Assembly: GCF_009914755.1 (NCBI RefSeq)
Contig: NC_060942.1
Length of the DNA: 64,000 nucleotides
Direction: 5' to 3' (one strand)
Source of the DNA: the human T2T-CHM13v2.0 reference genome, Homo sapiens
Of the stretch, positions 51,805 through 64,000 are shown piece after piece. How positions within the stretch are numbered: the first letter of the stretch is position 1; every line of letters begins with the position of its first letter. The notes below the pieces were generated by a model, which was not told the origin of the DNA, searched no databases, and worked only from the letters and a program-made list of their open reading frames with translations. Both the position numbers and the translations under genes were made by a program.

Positions 51805-52989
51805 GTGAGTTCACATACCAACTGTAGAGAAAATATATATATACATATAGAAAGCTGTCTAACAGTGGATGCTCACAGATTAACACACAACCAAGTCTAA
51901 TACTCCAAAATAAATCAACCTTTACAAGGCAGCCCCCAGGCTTGGGGTTGACACTTCAATATGAAGAAACCAGGTCTAGTGAGCTTCCTGTACGGGTCCT
52001 GCTAGACCAAAGTTGGCCTCAGATTGCAGCCTCTTCCTCACCCTGTGAAGGTCGGATTGAAGCTCAAAAGAAATCCTGGCGACATAAATTGTGTAAAACA
52101 ACCACTTCAGGGTGTTAAACTGAACTGAAGTCTGAATTTAACTGCCCAGCAAATCACTGAAAAGGGACTATAGCAATATCTTTAATAGATGATATAAATA
52201 CTTAGGGCATAAAACTGCCTATTTTACTTATTTCCATTACAGCAATTCCCCTCCTCTCCCAGACCTGATTAGGACAGATAAACAGGCTCTCAAGCTTCTG
52301 TTTTCTGCGCATGTGCATTTTTCCTAAGTTTACCACATCTTCCACAACACCCAAACTTACTTGTTTGGGTTTTATCTGAGATTCATAACTGGGAGACCAG
52401 AAGCAGGGGCCAAGACCTACTGTTTTGGACAGGACACTTAGATTACTAAGGTTCGTAAATTCCAGTGTTGGGCACAGTTTCAGTCTGATATAAAACCTGT
52501 CAAAATCTAGTCTGGTCCTATGTCATCCTTTAAGCTCCATATCCCTACTGCCCAACCCAATTCCCACCTCTTTTGATGACCCCTGAGCACATGATTCTGT
52601 CTTCCCTCCTGTTGTGACCATGATGGGTTGCCTGTGTGTTCATTTTCCATGTCTGCATCTTTTCTCTCAAGTTGAATGAGTAAAGATTTCTCTGAGTCAG
52701 AGACCACCTTTGATTTTCATTCTCCAGAGCACAGTAAAATGTCTTGGGAGGCAATATGAGGAGTTGGGGGATCAGCAAGCAGTGTTTTGAAGCCATAGAG
52801 TTTCAGGCATGAAACCAACTCTGCCACTATTATTTTTGTGCCACAGTTTGCTCCTTCTGTAAAATAAGGATAACTACCTAACTCCTAATTGTTAGAGTTA
52901 AAACAAAAGAGTAAATGTTTGTTTCTTTCATGCTGTTCTTTTTCCTTTTCCTTTTATTTTCTTCATGCTCATTGGTGTACCTTCTGGAT

Positions 52990-53350
52990 CCTTAATGATT
53001 ATTGTTGACAGGTCCAGCTGTTCTTCCAACACCTGGAGACACACGTCATATCCTTTCTGCCTCTCAAATTCTACCAGCATTTCAAAGTCCAACTCAAGTC
53101 CTAATTTTCTCATTGTCTAACTGTTCTAACTTTTACTATTTTCTGTTGTCTCCAAGAGCCCTTTTTACTTTATCCCAATAGCCAAGTACTTATTACAATT
53201 TTCATATTTATTATTTTCTCATTCCCATCAAGCTCCTTGATAGCAGGGGTTACATTTTTTTTTTTTTTTTTTTTTTTTGCCTTTTTTGTGTGCCTCCTTA
53301 TAAGTAGCGAAGTACTGGCCTATTAGTAGAAACAACATAAATAGGCGTTG
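52990..53350 (+). mobile_element. L2 LINE fragment containing a T24 run (53255-53278)
   Basis: atttcaaagtccaactcaagtcc...catcaagctccttgatagcaggggttaca...gtactggcctattagtagaaacaacataaataggcgttga. Confidence 0.55.
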
Positions 53351-56300
53351 ATAACATAGACAAAAATGATGCCACAATCAATAATGTACCAAGCAGAAAA
53401 TGATCAATTATAACAGAAAGGCTACAAAAATTTGGTAGGAATCAAATAGTCTTCCAAAACATTTTGCACATATTATCTTACTGAAACAAAGGCCTAAATG
53501 TATGTTTTTCAAAACTAATCATATACTCAGGAAGGAGAGATCATTGAATTATTTAAATTTCTCCAGAAAAAGCTTTTGTAGAAAAGATATAATTTCTGGA
53601 GAAATTCAAATGGTTCTAGTGTCAAGGATACATTAGAAAAAGCTTGCAGAGATTGGATAATGTTATTTTCCTATAATATATGGTCTACCAATCAGCCAGA
53701 AAATGTGTAAAATATGATTAATTCCTTAGGGTCCACTTCCCCAGCCTAATTGTGTTGTTTCTTGTGTTCCTGTGATCCCTTCCATCTGTGACCATATAGA
53801 TAAGCACTTCTGTGGATACTTCTGCCTTCTTTGTGGTTTCCTGTGTGTATGATTTTGTTTCTAACTAAATTTTAACTTTCTTTCAGAGAGAGAGATGTTT
53901 TCCATCTTCAAAAAACCTAATACATACCTGAGAATACAGACGACATGCAACACATTTTTTTCATTAGACTCACTAAATTTCATCCATTCCAAATATCACT
54001 GTGAAATCCAACTACATCTCAAAAGCCTGCTATCTTTCAGTAAGGAAACACATGACAGAGTGCCACTACAAACAGCAATTCCTTTTCTAAACTCCTCTAG
54101 GAAGTGAAACCATGTTGCACAGTAGAGCATAACAATTTGAAATCCTGAAATACAAAGCAAGGTTGCACACCCAAAAATGAGGTTCATCCCCCACACTGTG
54201 GCATCTGGTTACTAACAGAGGACTAATTTCTGTCCTTGGATGCCTGAGTCCACCTCCTATTACACTAACTTAAATGAAAATCCCCAAGGGGGAACTTGAC
54301 CCTAACGATTTATCTGACAGTATAGCCATATTAGATCCTTTCAAATCCTTTAATTTGCAAAAAGTCCCAAAGTCAGTGAACCAAACAATAGCAGCTCTCT
54401 CCCCATGCTGTGTAACTTGGGTGATATTTATGGACAGGGAGAAGTTCTGTGTACAGCAATTTCCTAATCAAGTAAGAACAAACGGAGAAAGCAAATCCAT
54501 GAAATAGGAAAGGGCAAGCCCACCGAGCTATAACTCAAAAGGCGGCAGAGAAATGTTAGTGCCATTATGCTGCTGAGCCTCCTGCTCCAGTCAAAATGCA
54601 TCCATCAGAGATGTTACAGAAGCTGAAACTTGGGGAAATGGCTGGAAGATGTTTAAGCTAGAGCCTTGTGACAGCGTCCCTGTGGAAGAGGGCCCTGCAA
54701 ACCAAAATGGGCCTGCATCTAACCTCAAATATCAGTTGCATGTCTCATTGGATTCTTTTTTTAATAGGGTATAATTCATCATTGGCTGTTTCTGAGAATC
54801 TTACAAATTCAAATCCAAGAAATCTTTTAAAAATACTATTATTTGCATGTCAATACCCGGGAAAGACTGTATAGAACCTCACAAACAGAAGAAAAGACGG
54901 TCCCATCAAAATGGAATATTCCAGGAGCTGGCTTTTGTTTGTGATGTTCCTGTTGCTTGTGCCTGCAGATGATGTGCCCTTCACTTGGAAATCCATCTCT
55001 CTACTTTTCTGCCTTCAGCGACTTTAAATATGAAGTGCTTCCGGCAGAAGAACCATGTACTCTGTTGTTTTCCAAAAGCTCTTGCAAGACCCGGTTTCAC
55101 ACCATGAAATCCCCACTGCCAAGAAAATCTTCCCTGAAACATGACCGAACTGCCTCCATGCTGAATTTCCCATTGTTTCTTCTCTTCCTTTCATTCATAG
55201 GAAAGAGAATAACCCGTTTTCTTTTTATGACTCTGTTTATATTCACAGACTTAGACATATGGAATCATACTTCTGAATCTATGGAATATAACTGCAGAAT
55301 TTCTCCACACAGTGAGCACCAGAAGGTAAAAGAATGAGAGAACATCAGTGCTCAAGGGATTGCAGAGTGGCTCCCTTTCCGCTCAGCTTCCTGCTGTTTC
55401 CCACTTGATGACCGGAAGTTGGGGTCATCTGCACAGCGTCCAGTTCTCCCTTCCTCTACGGCATTCTGACAGTAGAGAAAGGTTGGCCCCACAGACCCTA
55501 CATTAGTTTCTTTTCCTCTTGTTCCATTTTGAGCAGTTTACAAAAGACTCTTAGCCAGTAAGCTAAGACGATTATGAGTCGTCTCTCATGAAAGGCAAAA
55601 ACAATGTCACACTGAACAGATTTTTAATTTTCTCTGAGACTTATTTACATGTATTTCAATTTCCACTACTCTACATCTGTTTGTTTTTGCGGAGGGTTGT
55701 AGGTGGAAGCAAAGGAATTCATAACATGGCTACCTTGGTGAAATTATCAGTCATGTTTTCTGAAACCTCTAGACCAAAAATGTATATAGAGATGGAGCAC
55801 AGCATCTCCATTGGGCTTGGGTCTAAGTAGCAGTGAAGTTCAAATATGAAAGGTCCTGAAGTGAAAAATAGTGGTAGTGGTCACCCAAGATGAATGTTTG
55901 AGACTGGAAATGTTTAGAAGATCTGGAGACCTAGGCAATAGCAGAGCCAAAGATTGTCACTCATCCGAATATAAAGATCAATCTCATAAATTCCTAAAAA
56001 ATTAAAACATATTGAAAAGAAAAACAGGAAAGGGTCTTAATTATAAGAATGTTTTAAAAAATGTTTAAGGAGCTTGGTAATGGGAGAAAATATAATAAAA
56101 TAAGGTATTGTGATGAGGAAAATAGAAGCAAAGTCAGTTATGACCACAGACTAAGGTAAAGAGAGGCCAGTAAGTACTGAGCTATGTATGGTTCCCCATG
56201 TTCATGACAAGAGCCCTCCAACCACCCAAGGTTCCTCCCCTCCTCCAGGTTGCTCAAGTATCTCATGACCTGGAATCATGGTTAAGGACACTTGATCACC

Positions 56301-57110
56301 AGGCTAAGGATAGAAATTTGCTACACTTCTTATCTCTGACTTTAGTGGCTGAACTTTCTGACTAAAGCATGTCTGTCAAGGAACGCTATGAACAGAGTCA
56401 TGATGGACATCTAAAAGAGTTCCACAGAACCACAGAAGCATTTTCTAGAACAAAGTTTATACTATAGGACTAAAAGAGGTATTGGGATCCCTTGCTCCAG
56501 CAGTTAAGGAGTTACCATGTTATAGCTGACACCAGCTAAGACCCAGAGATACTCACAGGATGAAGGATGGAGAACAGACTAGAATCAGAACATCCCACCA
56601 CTCAGCAGAGGCCAGAAAGACTTCCCAGAATGCACACTTCCCCATCTTAAGTGTGTGGCAAGAAGTCCTCCCAACATTTACAGAAACTTTAAAATCAATT
56701 AGTGTGTTGGCTTCTGAGAAGATATTGTAACCTGTCCAGAGTAATAAAGTCAGCAATGCACAGCACTACTTCCCTCTATGAAGAGCTTGAATAAATAAGA
56801 CATTTATAAAAATGAGTGGAAAATCTGAAATGAATATCCCAAGAACCATGAAAAACTAAGCTAAAAGAAATTGAATTTTCTTTTGAGTCTCTAAGAGAGA
56901 GGCGGCAGTTGAGGATTTTTATACATAATTTATAAGGAAAATTGTCCCGTTCACTCAGGTATACACCATATCAGTTTGTGGGAAAGACTAAGCAAGCTGT
57001 CTTCTTTTTAATTGAAATCAAATATAGGTGCGGAAGAAAATGAATTCTGACTGAGGCAGAATGCAATGAGTCACATGGCTAAAGGCTTTCTGGAGTTTAC
57101 ATGACAGTTT

Positions 57111-57115
57111 TGTGT

Positions 57116-57163
<48 letters not shown>
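57111..57163. repeat. (TG)n microsatellite, about 26 units with one AG interruption
   Basis: tgtgtgtgtgagtgtgtgtg(tg)n. Confidence 0.97.
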
Positions 57164-57165
<2 letters not shown>

Positions 57166-57551
57166 AACAGAGTAACTTTAACCTTATTTTGCCTTCTTTA
57201 TTGATTACTAATAAGAAAAGGCCCCAAAGTAAAATCCCACTTAGTGCTAAAGCTTCCTGTTCTTATTTTCTTTCCATTCTAAGGAAAGGTGGCCTTAGCA
57301 ACACATTTCTCACTGGATGCCTATGATTTTGAACGGCATCAATAAAATACTCTGTGCTGTTTATTATTGTTTCCTAAAATGTTATTATAAACTATTCAGT
57401 CCTTGGAATTTTTTTACCCAAAGATAACTGTCTAAATTGTGAATACTCCCAGATACACCACACTAACTCCTAGTAATGCGAGGTAACTCCCTCTAAGCAT
57501 CAAAGTAAGAGGATTCAGGGAGGTTGGGCCAACAAAAAGAGAACACCTTTG

Positions 57552-57855
57552 GGCCAGGTGCAGTGGCTCACGCCTGTAGTCCCAGCATTTTGGGAAGCCA
57601 AAGCAGATGGATCACTTGAGGTCAGGAATTCGAGACCAGCCTGGCCAACATGGTAAAACCCCATGTCTACTAAAAATACAAACATTAGCTGGGTGTGGTG
57701 GCAAACACCTGTAATCTCAGCTACTCCTGAGGCTGAGGCAGGAGAATCGCTTGAACCTGGAAGGTGAAGGTTGCATGAGCCGAGATAGCGCTACTGCACT
57801 GCACTACAACCTGGGCGACAGAGTGAGACTCTGTCTTGAAAAAAAAAAAAAAAAA
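57552..57855 (+). mobile_element. AluSz-like, full length
   Basis: ggatcacttgaggtcaggaattcgagaccagcctggccaacatgg; A tail; TSD aaaaagagaaca(c/a)ctttgg on both sides. Confidence 0.96.
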
Positions 57856-58419
57856 GAGAACAACTTTGGGGGAAAGCCCTAAGACAGTGATGTCACAATT
57901 TTGCCACCAGGACCCGGGATAGGCCAAGAAGATGGATTCTAGCAATCCCTATAAGAAGCATTAGTTATTTTCTGTGTGTCTGTCTTGAGACCTCCTGTCA
58001 TGCCTTTTCCTCATCCCAAGAACATCATTCTGATACGCTTTGGATCACAGTGAGTTCCTTTAGCACCAGTAGCATGTAGACATTCACCTATGTGCCATTC
58101 TTATGTCATATGTTCCCTTGCCATTGTTTTCTGGGTATTCAGTATATTTTTGTTCTGGGCCCCAGTGTAACTGAAGAGCTAATGAGTGCATCTGTCTTTG
58201 AGAGCCCTATAGCATCTGCAACAAAGCTACTCCTACTAAGCAGATTCAATATTAATAATACTAAAACGAAAAAAAAAGGATACAGTGCTTTAGTTTCCAG
58301 AAACCATTTATTTCTGTAATTGTTTACTTATATAAACTAAGAAAGAAATTAAGCAAGAAGGTATTACTATCCCAGGTTAACAGAGGAAGAAATAACCATT
58401 GAAATAAGAGCCACCACTA

Positions 58420-58680
58420 GCTAACTTTCATAGAAAATTACACTATGTTAGGCACTCTCTTAGGCAATCTTTTGAGTACATGATAATATTAACTAACTTA
58501 ATAATTTCAACAGTGCTGTGATGTAGCTACTATTATTATTCCCATTTTATGAAGGAGAAAACTATAGCTTTAAGAATTTGAGCTACTTTCTAAAGATCAC
58601 ACAGGCAGTAGGTGGCAGAAATTGTCACTTGAATCTAGTTCCATTGAATCAAAACTCAATTATCTTAAATACTGCTATTC
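58420..58680 (-). mobile_element. MIR SINE
   Basis: cactatgttaggcactctct...tactattattattcccattttatgaaggagaaaact...tctaaagatcacacaggcagtaggtggcagaa. Confidence 0.85.
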
Positions 58681-59905
58681 TAAAGAAGTCTTAAAGTACA
58701 GACGTAATTGTTCTCAAGATCGTATTTCCTAAGTGGCAGGATATGGACTCCTTCTGGATCTAAGTTCTTATCAAATGCACTTTCAACACTACCTTGATAT
58801 TTATGAAAATGCAGGCAATTTGGCTAAGGAGCAGAATGTTAAGGTACACTTGATCCTGTACCAAAACTTCAGCAAACACTGTTCCTCAGCTGCAGACTCT
58901 GCTTACAGTGGAAATTTCCTATGGCTCTATTGGATGGTTTCAAGACATTCTATCTACAAGAAATGCAATGGATTTAATGGTATCCACTAAGCTTATGGTA
59001 ATTTTAGCCTTTCCAACTTCTGGCAAAAGAACATACAGTGTGAGCACAGGGTAAATTCCAATCTAAGGCTGAAATTTTGATCCTCCTATGTTATTAGCAG
59101 AGTGAGTCACTCTGAGCAGCAGCTACAGGGTACATTTCTTCTGGTAACCTCTTAGAATATGACAATGAATGGATGTGAACCCAAGCACACTCAGATTTTA
59201 GAGTTCTACTCCAAAGTATTTAGACATGGCAACAATGTTAAGATCTGGTCATTTCCTTAATTATGATGATTATTCTTCTTCATAGAATAGCTTTCCTTTT
59301 TCCAGTACATACATTTGGTTAAAGAAGAGAAAGCTGAATTCGATTTATATTTCCTACTTTAAAAATCAAGTCAACATATTTAACCAAATTGCCAGGTGAC
59401 GTGCTGGTCTAGGTCTATGTTCAAATTTGAAGAAGTGGTTAATAGAGAAGGTTTAGATTCTGATCAGGAGCCTCCTCCCAGTTGTGCAATGTTACAATCT
59501 GTTCTGTACTTTGACTTGTTCTTATGGAAGATACTTTTTGTACAGTTAAACCACAGGCTGTAAAGTGCTAGTTTGTACATTGTCTATAAAGTAGTCCGAG
59601 ATTGCTCCAAAATATGAAATTCATCTACATAGCACCAAAGAGAAGAGAGGAGAAAGGAAATTATTTAATAAATTATATCAAATTATCTCAACTCCCTGGA
59701 CCAAATACAAAAATTGGAATGGTGAGTCTAGTGGTATGATATAAATTCACTTACAGAATTGGCTATTTTTTCTTAGATGAAATTCAGTGTTTGTTTATAC
59801 TTTTCTGTTAATAACATCATTCAATAAAATTCCATTAAAAAAACAAACAAGAAAAAAAGAGAGAGCTATTTATAGATGTAATGGCAATGGCTCTTTAGGG
59901 CCTAA

Positions 59906-60315
<410 letters not shown>

Positions 60316-61119
60316 GCCAGGTTCCTAGGAAAGCTAGACGTCTGTGGAGCACAGAGAGTCAAAGGAGAGGGAAGGCCACAGCAGCCACAGTGGAAGAGGG
60401 AGAAGGAAAGGCCTCCTGGCAAGAATTCCTCAGTTGTGTTGTCTCTGGTGTAACAGCTGGCACAGGATACTGGAGCCTGTGAAAGGCGAGCCCTTCCGGG
60501 ATAGGAACATGGGCCCAGGGAAGCTTGTGTCTTTGGGAGAGGGGATGGTGAAAGGAAGAGAAGAGGAAGAGCAGGGTTAAACCCTTTGATCAGCTCTCCC
60601 CCTCCTGGGATTCCTCCCCAGGGAAGAGGCGAGCTGCTTGATTCCAGGAGAATGATTTTGAGGCCAGGCAACTTGGGCCCCACCCTGTATATGGGGCTCT
60701 GGCAAGAGATCATCAGGAAACCTGAATAACTTATAATGGCCATTATCAGATCTACTCAGCAACATGATAGGGTAAGTCAGAGGGAACAGGGTCAGCCTGT
60801 GGAATGGTGCCCTGAGTTTCCTTTTTGCCTGTGAGGGCGGGCATAGAAGGCAACTGAATGGAGAGCAGTGGCTTTGCCCTAAGCCTATCCTGGTTTGAGG
60901 CATCATCTCCTACCCGGGCAGCTGAGACCAAGACAGATAAAATGAGATAATGTGTATAAAGTATTTATCAATGTGCTATTTTAAAAGTTAGCTAATAGTA
61001 TAAAGTATGTGAAAGTGCTTTGGGACTCCATAAACTGAACAAATGAAACATATAGAATTAATAGAGAGAAGTTTGTAGTTCCAAGAAAATTTAAAATTGT
61101 TGTTCATCTACGACATTTA

Positions 61120-61331
61120 CAGTGATTTCAGAATTGAGCTTCATAAACCCTAGCAGTTTCTCTGAAGCCCCTTCCTATCACTTTTTTGTCCACTGTGGGA
61201 GGATGAAACTCTAGGAGAGACTTCTCATCATCCACTTCACCTCTACTTCACCATCCTGTTGATGATTCTACTTCTTACTATAATTTGTTTGATGAAAGTT
61301 TCTCAACTAAGAAAGCATATGAAAAGTATTG
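61120..61331. mobile_element. MER103C-like hAT fossil
   Basis: cagtgatttcagaattgagcttcataaaccctagcagtttctctgaagcccct...ccacttcacc...atttgtttgatgaaagtttct...tgaaaagtattg. Confidence 0.5.
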
Positions 61332-62019
61332 TTCTCGAAGATAAAAAATTCACTAGGACTCCAGTAAGAAAAGTAGTAATATTCTAAGATACATACCAAA
61401 CACAAGCAGCTTTAAAACCCAGAGCTGTTGTCAATCTTACCCATAATTTCTTTCCTATTTTATTTAATAATAAATGGAATTGGAATCTCAAACTATACCT
61501 CCACTGCATGCAATAGTTTATAATGCCAAAAGCCCTGATCTGTTTCCAATAAAGAACAGGACACTGCATTGACTCCAAGAGTTTACAATAAAACTCACTG
61601 AATCCCTGGGTTCCCTAAGCACTGCCTTGCCACAAGCACAATGAATTGCCTCACAAAGCACTAATACTTTGAATTACTGTCAGCACCAATTCTTATCTTC
61701 TAGAAACTGATAAAACAATCAATAGAGGTTTTCGTGTGTGTGTGTGTGTATTTGTTTCCAAGGAGATAATGATGTGCTCAGGGTTATAGGGAAGGCTTCC
61801 TGGTCTCCAGAGAGGAGCAAGGACTATAAGACAAAAGCTTTGAGAAAAACCACTGGCTGTGCTTGGTGTCCTTGGATGATTTTTTCACTCTTTGTTCAAA
61901 AGTTTTCAATCTGTAAAGTGGGATAATAGTTGGCCCATTTTCTGAACCCAGAGTTAGGTCAAATATAAAATCTAGAGTTATAGAAGACAAAAGGGCCTCA
62001 AATTATTTAGATACCATTA

Positions 62020-62235
62020 CTTTGTGATCTCAAATTAGCATCAACACCAGATTTTTATTATTCTCCACCACTGTGTATTATAGTTATCCACTTACCTGTC
62101 TCACCCCTATTAAAACAGGACTCTGCTGAGATTCAGGGCAATGCCTTAATCATCTCTGTCTCCACAGCACAAAGATAGCATCACATATCTTAGAGACTCA
62201 TTTATTACTAATTGTTGTTTGTTAAATGAATGAAA
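62020..62235 (+). mobile_element. L2 3' end fragment
   Basis: acttacctgtctcacccctattaaaacaggactct...atcatctctgtctccacagcac...ttgttaaatgaatgaa. Confidence 0.65.
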
Positions 62236-62569
62236 GAAGAAAATAAATTAATGCATAGATTAATAAATAAAGGTATTGAGCCATTTAAAATTCCACTCAC
62301 ACATCAGAGTTTTTATAAAATATCCACAAAATGGTCCCCAAGCCTTGAAACACATGTACCAAAGAAGATGACCAGGATGGCTGGGGCGGATATACTGGTT
62401 ATTGGTAGTCACATCCTATTGTCATACCAAAATTAGGTAATGTCAGCCAGACGCTCCAATATTTTCCACATGCTATGAATTCATATCAGTTCAGGTACCT
62501 TTTGAGTCCAGAAGCAGAAGTGTCTATGAGTCCGTAACAAACACTAATATGTCAACTTGGTCCCATATT

Positions 62570-63055
62570 TAACTTTATATTGATGAATGACACACATAGA
62601 TAAAAGTAAAAAATCAGGTGTCCAACTTGATGAATTTCCAATAGAACAACCCCTGTAACTAGTACCCAAGTTAAAAAAAGAATAAACATTACCAGCACCC
62701 TAGAAGCTCATCTTTTTGCCTTCTTCCTGTCACCATCCCAGCAAGTGCAAATGCAACCCGTATTCTAACATTGTGCATTAGCTCAGCCAGTTTTCAAAAG
62801 GTGTACCCATGAAATAATATTGAGTGAATTCTGATGTCTTCTTTTATTCCCCCTTTTTTTTTTGTCACTCTTCACCACCACCTTTTATTCTCATTGCTGG
62901 TATAGTATTCCATTGTGTGAATACCCTATAATGCAGTTAGTCATGCTAGTGTTGATGAATGTTTGGGTAGTTTCTCATTTGGTGCCAGTAGCAATAGTGT
63001 GCTATAAACATCTTGTGCAGATTTTTGTGGATATATGCTTAGTATTCTATTACAC
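62570..63055 (-). mobile_element. L1ME-type 3' end
   Basis: aacttgatgaatttcca...cctgtaactagtacccaagttaaaaaaagaataaacattaccagcaccctagaagc...tagtattccattgtgtgaatacc...gctataaacatcttgtgcagatttttgtggata. Confidence 0.8.
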
Positions 63056-63064
63056 CCAATAGCT

Positions 63065-63715
63065 TTTTGAATCATAAATCTATTTCAGTCTTACCAGCTC
63101 CACCTCCAAACATTTTCAAATCTATCCACCTCTGGCTTCCCTGCTCCCAAGTTAGCCTCAACAACCTCACCTCTGATTGCAGAATATGGCAATAAATCCT
63201 AACTCATCTCTGCTTTCATAATCCATGTAATCTGTTCTACACAGCCAGACATTGTTATTTTTTAAATAATGTAAATAAGTTCATATCCCATGACTGCTTA
63301 AAACTCACCAGTGGTTTATATATATTTATTAAAATAAAAGAAACACTCCCTAGCATGTCCTACAAGGCTCTATTTGAATGACCTCTGCCTACATCTCCAG
63401 ATGGATTTTGAATATTTTGAATCATTCTCTCTCTCCTCTTCACTCTTCTCCAGCCACGCTGGCTTTCTTGCAGGAATCAAATAGGCTAAACGTGTTTCTT
63501 CTTTCTAATGCATCTGCCCTAGAATTTTCACACAGCAAAATCTTTTCCTTCATTCAGGACTCTTATCAATGTTATCTCCTTAGAGAGACCTTCCCTGACC
63601 CCTCCCGCCAATCTAAAACAGCACCTCCCTCTAGGTCATTTTCCATCTGGTTAAATGGAGCTCATTTCTCTGCCTAATGTGTCTGTTATCTATTTCCTTG
63701 CTTACTGACTCTCCT
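63065..63715 (+). mobile_element. L2a LINE fragment
   Basis: cagctccacctccaaacat...ttctacacagccagac...gcttaaaactcaccagtggttt...ctacaaggctcta...ctccagccacgctggctttcttgc...ccttagagagaccttccctgacc. Confidence 0.85.
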
Positions 63716-63717
63716 AT

Positions 63718-64000
63718 TGTTTATAACAGTTTTATTGAGATGTAATTTACATACTACCATAAAATTCACCCTTTTAAAGTGTACAATTCAGTGGGTTTTA
63801 GTATATTCACAAAGTTGTACAAGCATCATCACTATTTAATTTCAGTACATTCCTATCTCCTCAAAAGAAACTCTGTACCCATTAGCAGTCACCATTCTCC
63901 TTCCCCTCAGCGCCTGGCAACCACTAACCTACTTTCTATTACTATGAGATTGACTATTCTGGACATTTTATATAAACAGAATTATACAATATGTGCCTTT
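63718..64000 (-). mobile_element. L1MB 3' end (runs off the window edge)
   Basis: acagttttattgagatgtaatttacatactaccataaaattcacccttttaaagtgtacaattcagtgggttttagtatattcacaaagttgtac...cctggcaaccactaacctactttct. Confidence 0.92.

Noticed and set aside
53255-53278. T24 run as a possible solo poly(A) retro-insertion
   Set aside because: No TSD visible; slippage expansion inside the L2 is sufficient
63718-64000. Similarity to 48321-48598 suggesting a segmental duplication
   Set aside because: Both are L1MB 3' ends; shared family ancestry explains the match

Overview
AT-rich, CpG-depleted primate genomic DNA, probably human or another simian: it carries AluJ/AluS, L1PA and THE1/MST elements. It reads as deep intronic or intergenic sequence. 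I found no protein-coding gene, tRNA/rRNA or CpG island, and the listed ORFs come from repeats, simple tracts or chance. Much of the window is interspersed repeat: 10 Alu copies or fragments, L1PA/L1M/HAL1, many L2 and MIR remnants, several solo LTRs (THE1D/MSTA, MLT1B, MLT1K, MER21, LTR33), DNA-transposon fossils (MER33, Tigger4a, MADE1, MER5, MER103C) and large TA/TACA/TTTC tracts. Repeat names come from my recall of consensus sequences, not a RepeatMasker run, and old-repeat boundaries are approximate. The most notable unexplained structures are: (1) a ~250-bp, ~85%-identical inverted duplication of part of an L2 inserted into the same L2 (34228-34475 / 34934-35184); (2) a 24-bp pre-miRNA-like hairpin in apparently unique DNA (53546-53616); (3) a ~100-bp ancient palindromic element (45201-45304); (4) several small template-switch or slippage scars; (5) a few candidate non-coding exons. 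I cannot support a claim of a new biological system here. These are leads to test.
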